Both the position numbers and the translations under genes were made by a program. Shown here piece after piece: positions 1-12,238 of a DNA stretch of 64,000 bases. The DNA lies in the NCBI GenBank assembly GCA_904063045.1, contig CAJFCJ010000006.1:682001-746000 (forward strand), in the 5' to 3' direction. This stretch comes from Dimorphilus gyrociliatus. Lineage: Eukaryota; Animalia; Annelida. The notes below the pieces were generated by a model that was not told the DNA's origin, did not search any database, and saw nothing but the letters and a program-made list of their open reading frames with translations. How positions within the stretch are numbered: position 1 is the stretch's first letter; every line of letters starts with the position of its first letter.

Positions 1-12
1 ATTTCTTTACAG

Positions 13-633
13 TTTATATATTAGGCTCGATTTCGGGATCGCCTCTCTCTTGCAAGAAAGTAAATAATTGCTTCCTAGCCAGAAACACTCACAATTGGTG
101 TAAAAATTGGCTTCACTGCAATCAAGTTTTTATATTCAAGACATGCATAAATTTTAAAGACGGTTTAAAATGCTTAAAGAAAATGAAGTGCCACTTGAAA
201 CAAGTGGATAGTAATACTTTTCTACCAGGCTATCCTCAGGGAATTAATATCTATTGCACATTCTTATTAAAAAACCCTTTTAAAGAGACCATTTATACAA
301 CAGCGTTCAAAAACTCTATTAGCGAAATTAACAGATGTTTAAGTATTTTTAACCAATCAGTCGAATTTGTTGAACTAACTGATCAATATTGCAGGTTGGT
401 AACTAAAGAACTAACAAAACATAGACTTATAGCTGTTTTTCAGAGAAGTTAAGATCCTGGAAACTTGTATTGAAAACAACGTCAATTATGAGATTAAGGA
501 TCACAAATATGATTTCATTCGTTTTGTCCATCATAAAATTTATCCATACCTACCATTTGGGCCAGCCACCGAAATTTGTGTAGGTATCTTCATAATTATT
601 GTTATTTTTTTCTACTGTGGTTCTATAACGTAG
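13..633 (+). CDS. 3' part of a Cys-rich protein of unknown family with a hydrophobic C-terminus (gene starts upstream of the window)
   Basis: Acceptor ttacag at 12. The frame is open from 13 to 394 (YILGSISGSPLSCKKVNNCFLARNTHNWCKNWLHC...DQYCR). A 49-nt intron (395-443) joins in phase to EVKILETC...PATEICVGIFIIIVIFFYCGSIT* (stop 631-633). Alternative donors at 580/584 could instead give ends at 786/677. Confidence 0.55.
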
Positions 634-2048
634 AAAAGTCTTGCAAGATATGGCCAGACTTACTCTTCAACATCTGAATTACAAGATATAAGTAACTCTT
701 CTGGAAGATTAACATCAGGATTTCTTGCTACTATGAGTCCAACTTTCTATTTTCTTGTATTAAGAATTTGTTGGAAACTCATTTGAAACTTTCCTAAAAT
801 CCTTTCCTGATTAGCTTACTGTACAAAAGTATTATACATATTCATTACCAGCTTTGAGGTCACGGAAAAGCTTTGAAAAGCTTTACCTGCCAGTGTCAAA
901 ATTATTTACTTTTGGCGACTTATAAGCTCACTCAACTAGATAGTTACATTATAGTTACATTAACTGTATCTTCAGATGAAGAATGTTTCATTTAAAGCTG
1001 TATCAACTGCTTTTTGTTGGGTCAAAAAATGCTCTTGTTTATTAGTCAAAATTATTTTTCTATTTATTCTAGAACGAATTCTATGGGCGTTCAATGTTCC
1101 GAAAGCCGACGCGATTAATGTCTCATGATCGCATTTTCTACTAATAGTGTAAGAACTAGAATTTTAAGCTGAATGGGTGTTTGATTGACCTTATCAACAA
1201 CAGCTGAGCTCTCTTTCCACAGGCAATCAGTCTCTTCGCATGCGTCTCTGAAGCCTTTTCTATTTCGAAAATAAAAGTAAATGGATAGATAAAAGACGAA
1301 TGCTTACCGAATTCTTTTCAAGTTAAATTTAAAGCAGTGCAATATTCTAAATCAGCAAAATAAGTTGAGCTGAGTCCTGATTCGCATAAAGAGTGCTTTG
1401 AAGAAAAAAATTTTATTTCAATTTTTCAAAGTCATAATTAAACGTTGAAAGAAATTAGTTTGCATAATAGTGTTTTTTTTTAAGTTTTAATATACTATTA
1501 TTTGTGTCATGCGCGTAAATAATGTGGCGTAATTATTGCTTAAACAGATCTCAAAGTGAATTGCTATAGATGTACAGATGCAGAGTTACAAAATTATATC
1601 TTTTTAAGTGGACAAGTTTTATTTGAAAAGAGCATTCTGCAATATTACTAGATGCTATAAGCGTTTACAAGCATTCAAGAATGAAACACCAGTTTATAAT
1701 GAGGGAACGGTGTTCAATTCAATTCCGAAAACCATACTTTAATCTTGTGAAGTCTATACCAGACTAATTGTCGTTTATACATTTGTTTGAAGACGCCTCT
1801 TAGTTTTTTATGCAAACATTTAAGATAGCTTGCAGAAAATAACAGAAATTAAATCTCTTTTACTTTCCAAACCACAAAAGTTATGTAAGTAGACATTTCA
1901 TAATTTAAAATAATTTAAAAACTATTTTCCCAAAAAAATGAGAATATTATATATATTATTATTGACATTGTATATATTTAATCGAATTCCTGTTATACGT
2001 GACTATTTAGTTATTATCATAGCATTTGGTGCGCTTGAAACCTGGCGA

Positions 2049-2056
2049 TGACGTCA
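2049..2056. promoter_or_regulatory. CRE/ATF palindrome TGACGTCA upstream of RhoA
   Basis: Perfect TGACGTCA about 80 nt upstream of the RhoA ATG, in a locally CpG-richer patch. Confidence 0.45.
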
Positions 2057-2112
2057 GTGTAGGGCGTATGCGTGCAAGCGTCTAATGTATGCACACCGTT
2101 TGAATAGACTAG

Positions 2113-2961
<849 letters not shown>

Positions 2962-3274
2962 TGAGACTGAAATAAGAATGTTCTCAAAGTGTCGTTTGCG
3001 GAATAAAACATGCAGCTTTACCATTCAGTAATGCCAAGACATATTAAAAAGCAAACTTTTGTTGATGTTGTCAGATCATAAAATTGCCAAGATTAGAAAT
3101 TTGCTCCGTTTTAATTACAAATAGTAAACTCAAAACAACAGCAGACAAAATTTGCAACAATATGCTTAGTTTGAAAAAACTGAATACCCTTTTATTATCA
3201 TCTCATTTTTTTTTCTACTGAAAATTATTATTTTATTGTCTTATCCAATATAAATAATGGTCGATATTGGAAAA

Positions 3275-5983
3275 TCATGAATTTTTGTCGTCTGTGACAT
3301 TATTATTTAGGTTGCTTTTATAGCAAGGGGATGGTAGACTAGCAGTTCGTTTTATCCTCTGAGGTACAGAGCTTTCCAAATCGGCAGGAAGTGATGTTGA
3401 TCCAGGAATAATTGCTTGAAATGACCTCTTACATGGAATCCCGATTGACTGAAGTATTTCGTCCATTTTATTCATGTAGTCCATATGACCATTAACTATT
3501 TCCGTTAAATCAAAATTGTGCATACGCCTGTCCTGAAGATCAATCCTTTCTAAGCCTGGGAATGCAAATTGTACGTCATCCCTTCTTCTAATTTATATTA
3601 TATCACCTTACCTGCTATGCTGTATTGGATATTAGTTGTTCTATAAAGAAATTTAAGCAACCAATCTTTTCTGCAGAAACCATTAACTATCCTACCAGCA
3701 ACAACCTTTCTAAAACTTGTCCATTCTTTTTTAGAGGCAGTCACAGGTGCTCCAAGTAATACAACGTCTTCTATAATTCCCTCACAATTTTTTCTTCTGC
3801 TCATTTCTTGTAAACAAAAGAAGATAACTCGAGCACCCAGGCTGAATCCTATCAGAGAGATGGGGCGTCTTCCTTGTTGACGGGAGAGCAATACTTCGGC
3901 AAGGTGTCTGCCAACCGCGGCTGATCTTTGAGTACAAACTCCCCATGGATTATCGATTATACTGGCTGCGCTTAAGAGTGTTGCAGGCCAAGCGATTGCA
4001 GCTAACAACGCTGATATAATTAAAAATTAAGTCTTATAATCAACTTTTTACTTGTTTATGCTTACATGACAGAATGGTATATTGTAAAGCTTCTTGTGCC
4101 GCAGCCGAAACAGCAAAACTTAACAAATAATCAATGGCCTGGCCCATCTGGTGAAGATATTTAGATTCATATTTCAAAACAAACTGTTCACGGGAAATAG
4201 ATAAATTTCGCCAAGGGTATCTAAAATCTTGAATAGAATCTGTTAGCCATCCAGAAATGGCTATTGTTACAGCTAAATGCTGGCCTGATGAGATAGATTC
4301 AGTATTGATAAAGTACAAATATAAATAAAAATATTCAAAAATACCAGATGTAATGGGTTGGAATTCAAACTCCTCTATATCACCGATTCTTTTTTTCATC
4401 TATAGCATAAATTTTATATTCAAACAATGAAGTTATAAAATAAAATAATATGAAAACCTTATAACCCGTGAGACCTGCTCCCGCTACGCCGAATAGAGTC
4501 CCGAATACGGCTATTCCAGCAGTTCCTATTTAAATAAAACATAGAGTTTATTTTGAGAAAATTTGCTCCAACCTAAAGCAGCAGCTGCTCCACTTCCCAA
4601 AACCGCACCTGAAAAATCATAAAAGTAATTTTATATACTATATAGTGAGCAGCATTAAAAATAATGAAAGAAACTCAGTGTAATAATTACGCCTAATTTA
4701 ATTATAAAACATATCAGAAGATGTACACATAAAGAAAGTTCATTAAACATACCAGCTATGAAAGGGGCGGCCAGACCACCAGTTAAGCCTAAAAAACATA
4801 TACAGTAAAAAAGAGTTCAGCCTTAATGATTTTATTTTGGTTCACCTATTAAAGTTCCTCCGCCAACAGTAGCAACACCTATAAGAGCATATCTTTTTAT
4901 TTTAGCCTTCAGTTGCTTTTTTTTCTTCAATGCATGCTCCTCTTCAGTCATTTCATGTTGATCTGTCTGAAGTGCTTTCACGACTAGTTGCTCAAAGTCT
5001 TCAGCCTCTTCCCAGTCAACGTTGAGCAGGCGTGCCAGATGCTTAGCAAGAATTCTTGTTCTGGCATCATATGATCCTTAAGAAATATAATTAAGCTTAA
5101 ACATTTACTGTAGTAACCTATAAGCGTATTACCATTTTGCAAATTTGCGGCGATGAAGTCGTTTACTAGTAATTTGCAACCCTCTCGTTTGATAATTTCT
5201 TCTTCGCTGATTACCTTTTTATGAAATTCATAAATTAGAGAAAAATCGGGTATGAACAGTTTTTACACATACTTGAATGAACGGCTTCTCACAATCATGT
5301 CCTCGCCCATTCATTATAGCTTGAACCGACGAACGAACTTGATCACATTGATTGATGTGTCGGACAACATTGTTTATACATTCCTTTTTATAGTCTCTGA
5401 AAAGTACGATAGAATGATTAGCAATTATTTAGAAACTAAAATAGGGACCAACTCGTATTCCTCTTCGGGATAAAGCTGAAGAAGTGCAATTCCACACAGG
5501 CCAGCGTATGCGAACTGACCTGCATCTGACAGTTGTCTTCCAGTTGCCTGCTCTCCAGCTAATCGATTATCTGTTAATCGAAAGCAATCAGTAAAAAAGT
5601 AAATTTTATTTCTTGCAGGAAGTTATAAAAGATTGTATCTAGCTTCTAAATTGATAAACTAATAACTATTTAATCTGAACAAAGAAAAACTCTAACTAAC
5701 ACTCTCTTGCAGGATAATCTTGCTTTATTTCTCTACTAATTAAGAAAAAGTCATACATACAACAACAGATAAACATTAATAATAAAAAAAGGTAGAATAA
5801 CGAGACTTACGATTTATATTTTCGAAAAGTCTGTGGTCTTGATCATTGATTTCTTTAATTACGATTTTACTTTTTAAAAATGAGAAAATGATTACCTAAT
5901 TCTTTTTTACAGTCATGATCTTCTGGCGAGGAGTCACGTCGCCGAAAGAAACTGAATAAAGATTCTTTCGGCGTTTTACTCAT
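3275..5983 (-). CDS. TMCO4: TMCO4 / DUF726 alpha-beta-hydrolase-like membrane protein
   Basis: AAIAWPATLLSAASIIDNPW, RPISLIGFSLGARVIF, DWLLKFLYR, GHMDY match TMCO4. Multi-exon gene; start MSKTPKES at 5983 is inferred by manual splicing. Confidence 0.9.
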
Positions 5984-6201
5984 CTTCGAAGTTTCATAAA
6001 AAAGTAAAACTGACTGAGGGAGTAAGTAACCTTGACCTTGGTATAGTATGGTTTACTAGTCCGAAATAGTAAATAATCAAGCGGGAAAATACTCGAAAAC
6101 CAATAATGGCGCTTCTATCTGATTATTATTAGCAGCCATTTTACAAATTTTCGCCTTGGAGACTTGAAGAGTCCTCAATATACATTAGCTTGGACAAACA
6201 A

Positions 6202-8361
6202 ATGGTTCAGGCTATCCTTACTTCTCAATCTCAAAAGTCACTAAGTAGTCAAGATATTGAGTCTATTGGGAGTCAAGGAAGTATGTCAGCACCTACGCTT
6301 GAATGGGATTCAAATGAACAATCGTCAGGAGAGGAGATTGAAGTGGAAAAAACTAAAGTTTGGGGCAAATTATTTCCAGTTGGAAAACATTTTGAGTATC
6401 TAGGCGTCACAGGTATAACACGGAGATCACGAAGTCAACTTATTTACAACATTGCAGTTTAGTGTGCCTAGTATAAATTGCTGATTAAGGCTAAATTTTT
6501 ACAGATTTAATTCAGGAAAGCTACTCAGTCGGTAGAGCTGACGACTGTACAATAACACTACAGGGTGATGATGATCCTAATTTCTTATTATATAGTAAAA
6601 AACATTTTGAGATACGTCGGGTAGTTGAAGTACTTTAGAATAGGTTCTTGGCTAACTCTTACCTTCCAAATAGGAAAAGCTTAGTACAGGCGAACACGTG
6701 TTTTTGTTGGACTGTAGTAGTAATGGAACACTTGTTAATGGGGTAAAAGTTGGTCAGTTTACAGTTTTCTCGGTTTCATAAAAAAAACAATAATATTTTA
6801 CTTACAGGGAAAAACAATAAGCAGGCATTAAATAACAACGATGAAATATGTCTGACTATAAAGAAACAGCTTGCATTTATATACATGGCATCCGATTCCA
6901 ACGAAGATGCGCAATTCCCTAAAGAACTTAGGACAAAATATACAATCTCAAAGGTTTTAGGAAGGTTGTCATATATTTTTTTAATGTCTATTATATTTTT
7001 TGTCTCCTTTGTTTTATTGTGGCTTTATTTATAGAGGCGCTTGTGGTGAGGTTAGACTTGCTTTTGAGAAAGGAAGTTGCAATAAAGTCGCCATTAAAAT
7101 TATCAAAAAAAGAAATTTCAGCCAGAACACAAAAATGGTTGGTAAAGAATTATATTTTTCATTTATTTTTATCACTAACTACTCTCAGATGAGCAAGGAA
7201 CAAACCTTAAACGAAGTTCGAATTTTGAAGGCTTTAAAGCATGTAAGTACCAATTCATTCATATTTATAATTTTAATAGCAATTTTCTTTTTCAGCCGTT
7301 TATTATCAGCATAGAAGATGTAGTAGATACCGACGATGGATTATTTATAGTTTTGGAACTGTAAGTTTCCTTCTAAATAATTCCTTTCACAACTTTGATA
7401 AACATACTTTACAAACATACCTGAAGAATGGAAGGTGGAGAGTTATTTGATAGAGTTGTTAGTGTTGGTCAGTTGGAAGAGAAAGTAGCCAAATTTTATT
7501 TTTATCAAATTGTTCTGGCTATAAAAGTAAGGTGCAAATATTTTGGCAAATATTCTATATGTATTTTTCTCCTATTTCAGTATTTACATGATCAAGGTAT
7601 CACTCATCGTGATTTAAAGGTATTTCAAATCAAATCCTACCAACAATTTTTTCTAAAAATCTCTTACTATCAGCCAGAAAATATCTTGCTTCTCAGTGAT
7701 AAAGAGGATACTGTTGTAAAAGTAACAGACTTTGGGCTGTCAAAATTTGTTGATTCTAAAACTCTCATGACAACATTTTGCGGAACTCCAAATTATTTAG
7801 CTCCTGAAGTGCTTATTACGAATGGAATGGGCTCCTATACTAATGCTATCGACTGCTGGAGTTTAGGAGTTATTTTATTTATTATGTAAGTTAAGTTCTT
7901 GAACTTGAGACAGAAGAGACATTATTCAAATTGCAGGTTGGTTGGATATCCGCCCTTTTCTGATGAGAGAACTGATATGGAGTTATCAAAACAAATTAAA
8001 GAAGGAAACGTTGACTATCCAAAAAAATATTGGAATGGAATTTCAAAGAATGCTATCGATTTATGTCGGAAGCTGTTGACTGTTGACATAAAGAAAAGAT
8101 ACAGTATGGAGCAATGCCTTACACATCCTTGGTTACAGGTTTGTTAACAAAAGTTATAGGTAGACAAAATAATTAACACAAATTTTTAGGATGATAACAT
8201 TAAGGCAAAGACCCGCAATATCTCAGGTGGCTTGATGTTACCACCATCGAGCTTGGTAAGAAAAACTATTGTTCTGTGCTTATGAAATACATCCATTATT
8301 ATTACAGCCAAAAAAACGTAAAGGAGAAATTGAAACTTTGGACATTCCAGCAAAAAAATGA
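6202..8361 (+). CDS. CHEK2: Checkpoint kinase 2 (SQ/TQ region, FHA domain, Ser/Thr kinase)
   Basis: SQ-rich N-terminus. FHA motifs WGKL...GRADDC, YSKKHF, DCSSNGT. Kinase motifs [39 protein letters not shown]-terminal NLS PKKRK. Confidence 0.95.
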
Positions 8362-8596
8362 AATATTTTGTAATTTGTAAGTTTCTGTCAAGATACTTGT
8401 TGTAATTACATGTCTTTCTTTATTTAAAATATATATTTATGTGTGGACAAATCTGTTTATAAGATTTTAAGTGTTATGATAATAATCACTATGCTTTTAA
8501 AATATATCTAATTCGATGTTAATTGGTAGCATCTATGTATTTACATCAACAATCGACATGTAGTAGTAACAAAAACACGAAATAGGCTAATTGAGT

Positions 8597-9094
8597 TCAA
8601 TGCGATATAGGATTCAGTGGATCGGCACATATTTTGCTCAAATCAATGGATTTGTCATGCTCCTCATCTATCTCACCAATCACAGCGCTGTTTAATAAAA
8701 ATCATTAGCTATTATAAAAACCGGAGATTCAAAACTTACACGTTGTCTCCTCTTACAATATATAATCCAAGTGCCACTTGCTCTACACCACTAGTAGCAC
8801 TGAATACACGTTCATGGCTGTCCTCCAAAATAATATTTATTGTTTGGTCATATCCCTTAAGCATACCCTTAAAAATACAGAAAATTCATAAGCAATTCAA
8901 AACATAGGCTAACAAAATACCACGATTAGGCGACCATCATTCGTAAGAACTGATACAACACCTGCACGGAAAATGGAACATAGTGAAAATATGAACGATA
9001 ATACCAGTTCTTTATAGTATTCCCTTTAAAGTAAGGAGATATTTAGTTTATAAGCATACTTACGGCCAACTAAAGTGTCTAATGAACCCGACAT
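8597..9094 (-). CDS. LSM8: U6 snRNA-associated Sm-like protein LSm8 (4 exons; not in ORF track)
   Basis: Spliced product MSGSLDTLVGRVVSVLTNDGRLIVGMLKGYDQTINIILEDSHERVFSATSGVEQVALGLYIVRGDNVAVIGEIDEEHDKSIDLSKICADPLNPISH. All introns are GT-AG. Confidence 0.95.
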
Positions 9095-9915
9095 AACTTT
9101 TTCTGCCGTTAAAATAGTAATGGGAAGCAATAAAACCAACTAATTAGTTTCAATTGTTCGAAACACCGCATAAAAAAAAATCGAAAAAAAAACGTTCTCG
9201 ACAATTTAAGTTGATGGTATAGAAAGTCCATAGCTGATTGGACAAAAACCGCCATTTTCTCAAAACATAAATTGTAATCATACTCAAATAATTTAAAGTA
9301 TATTAAATCAAACAATAAAGTAGTATCAATCAAAGTTGTTTAGTTTTTAGTTGAAAATATGAAAACATACTAGCACAATAACTCTTTCTTTCGCATGCTG
9401 TGATTTTGATTAGTTTTAAGTTTTCATCTTATGTCTAGATTATCTAATTATTTCACCCATTATATAAAATGATATATCATATTGTATATATTACAAGATA
9501 TATTATATACTAATGTCAAATGAGCAGTAAATTAGGGCTACACCTCAATCTTAATTTCCAGGGTGACAATGTAAACTTTTACTGAAACCACTTCTAATTA
9601 ACATTTATTAGGTATCACATTATGAAACTTTTAACTATGTAACAAACGACGAACGATTACTTTCTTATCAAAACGAACGTCTGCAGAGTATGATTTCAAG
9701 GATTAGAGAACTGTTCGTAGAATTTAGGAAAATTAACTTTCACACGTTAGATAATGTAAATGCATTTGTGACTAACGTAAAAAAAAGTCATTAGATTCAG
9801 ATTTGTACAATTATTAACATAGTGAGCGACAAATATATGTAAAGTTTTTTTTATTAATACTAAAAAGGAATGGCTAGCAATAATCAAGAATTGATCACAG
9901 CGCTTTAGGAGATTC

Positions 9916-11711
9916 TCATGCTACTACACCTCGACCTTCAAATCTTCTATGAGGAGAGCTTGGTGGAGGTTCTAGTTTAATACTGTTCGAATCATGAACA
10001 GTTGGAGTAGACGGTGACTCCAAAACAGCCTGACCGCTACTATCAACCTTTAAATGTATGATTCGATCTCCTAAAGGAGTCTCTGGATCTAATCGAGCTA
10101 GTGGAGCAAATCTTGAGGCATTTAAAACTAATGGTTCGAATGATTTAGTATTTGGTTTTTTCCAAGGGGGAGGCGTATTCTTATCCAAATTTCTTATAAA
10201 ATCTACGTCTCTCTGTAACAGCTCATCATCTTCCATAATATCACCTTCTACAAATTTTGCAGTACCATTCGTCTTTTCTGGGCTCATTGTTGCCCTTCCT
10301 GAATCAACTGGACTAACGATTTCTAAAGCGTTTAAAGTACCCTTTTCCCTTTTTCTTTTGCGCTCTGTAAGCAGTTTCTCATCCTCTGTACTTGGAGAAA
10401 GAGAGTTCGTTGGACTGGACGATGGGAGAGTTGTTGTTGCTGTTAAAGTTCTATCTATATGTGTCGGTTCTAATATTTCACCTAACCAATCTGGGTGTTG
10501 TTTAAAAAAAGCCTTAGCTTCATCTACAGCTTTGACTAAATCTTGTCCAATACCAGATTGTATGATGCGCTTATAATGAGAATCAAATGATCTCTCAGAG
10601 CGATGGGTTCGAGTGGAAATAGTAGATGTTCTAGACGATAATGTTGAAGTTTTATCATCTAATCTTTTGCGTAAATGCTGTTCAAATCGGCTAATATCTT
10701 TTGTTAAGCAAAAGGTAGGAGCAGAGTCGAGTTTTGGAGGAATATCATTTGTGGAAGAATAGTCAAAGTAGACAACTAGAAAATTCTGCAGATTACCATT
10801 TCCTGACTTTGCTGCGTGCATCTTATCTATTACTACTGAAATTGCATTTTGAAAAACATCGCTTTCGAATTTTCCTGGTCTATCTTGCACAACCCGATAA
10901 TTCCCTTGATTCCGAGCGCATTTGAAACGAGCACCCGTGCTAAAAGCAGTACCCATTAATTTATATTTAGTCTTGTCTATTCACTCACCTGCAAACTATA
11001 ACAACAAATTGTACAATTTCCAATTTATTGGATACCCAGCTCAAAACCCCTTGCTCGTGAATAACATTTTGGTCCCAAATATCTAAATGAACATCTAGCT
11101 GACAAACTTCCTTGAGATAAGTAGCTAAAACCATAACAGCTTTTTCATGAGCAGCACAATCGTAAGAATATAAAAGTAACACTGCTGGATCATTTTTTAC
11201 CATATCTAATAAACAAGTAACTTTTAAATATACTCATATTTAAATGTAAGTTATACCTATTTCTGTTGTGTTACCCATCTTAAAACGCCTCATTGAGAAA
11301 TCCGCTGCAAGTATTATTTTAATCTACGTTATAATAAAAATGTGTTCACTCAATACCTTTTCGTATAGGTATTTTCCTTTTGAAAATAAGGAACAACAAA
11401 ATAAAGAAAGCCAAAACGAATATTAAAGCTCCAAAAAATGAGCCTAATATAATGGCGATATTTCTATTTGTATGATCTGTTTGAGCTGTAGTGACTATCG
11501 GTACCGACATAGGCTGATCTAAAACGATAAGTAAAAACTTTGTGGTTTCAAATCATTAAGGATTAAAATTTTTTACCGGTACTGTATGTAAATTGGTTGT
11601 GAGAAACGACTGACCCATTAGTTTCATTACGTTGGTCCTATTTAATAATATTAATATTATTAGTATGCAGTTGAAATCTTTAGTAACTTTACTTACAATT
11701 TGGTTTGTCAT
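9916..11711 (-). CDS. IL-17 receptor D (Sef)-like SEFIR-domain membrane protein with very short ectodomain
   Basis: TM IAIILGSFFGALIFVLAFFILLFLIF. SEFIR motifs VLLLYSYDCAAHEKAV, VHLDIWD, VVIVCSTG, FLVVYFDYS...DIP. Start at 11711 has an in-frame stop 3 codons upstream; an alternative first exon 11975-11931 is also possible. Confidence 0.8.
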
Positions 11712-12238
11712 TTTATGTTATAAACTACACATTATCCGACAGTAAATACAATCTTTCATCTTGATATTACAATCAAAATTCTAGTTGAATGAATTAGGCG
11801 TCGATCTTTAGCTATAATGAAGAAATCACACCCAATTACATTAAGGATGTATGTTTGTTATCAATTGTTTTCAAAATCACAACATATGACGAAAAATAAT
11901 AAAGTATCTGTAGTTGTTAGTAAAACTCACGAGAAATCTAGCGGGCATCGTTGATGGCATCATAATCAGTGACATTCCTCGAACTTGACTGGAAAGCAGA
12001 AAAAAATCAATAGCCTTATTTATGTCGCCATGTTGTTTAGCCAGGTTACCAGTACTGCCGGAAGTAGTTACACCATGTCACCATCCTTTTTGAAACCAGG
12101 ACTGTCCAACGGCTGGATTTGACAGGTCAACCAATCAGCAGTCGACCGCCATTCTTAAAATTGAAGCATGTAAATTTTTATATTTTTCTCTGTAAATCTG
12201 CGTTTGTGTTTAATTTCAACCTGCATATGATCTCTTAA

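Noticed and set aside
800-1400. Splice-like signals on both strands upstream of RhoA
   Set aside because: Every exon combination I tried hit stop codons. They may be UTR or lncRNA exons, but I cannot support a model.
5940-5973. 11-bp inverted repeat in the first TMCO4 exon
   Set aside because: It is short, isolated and inside coding sequence, with no functional clue.
6403-6413. Possible GC donor in CHEK2 that would improve the FHA alignment
   Set aside because: The GC context is poor, and a strong CAG|GTATAA donor 9 nt downstream keeps frame.
10058-10576. Long antisense ORFs (also 16981-17454, 2601-2906, 48495-48743)
   Set aside because: They overlap well-supported genes on the other strand and have no recognisable motifs.
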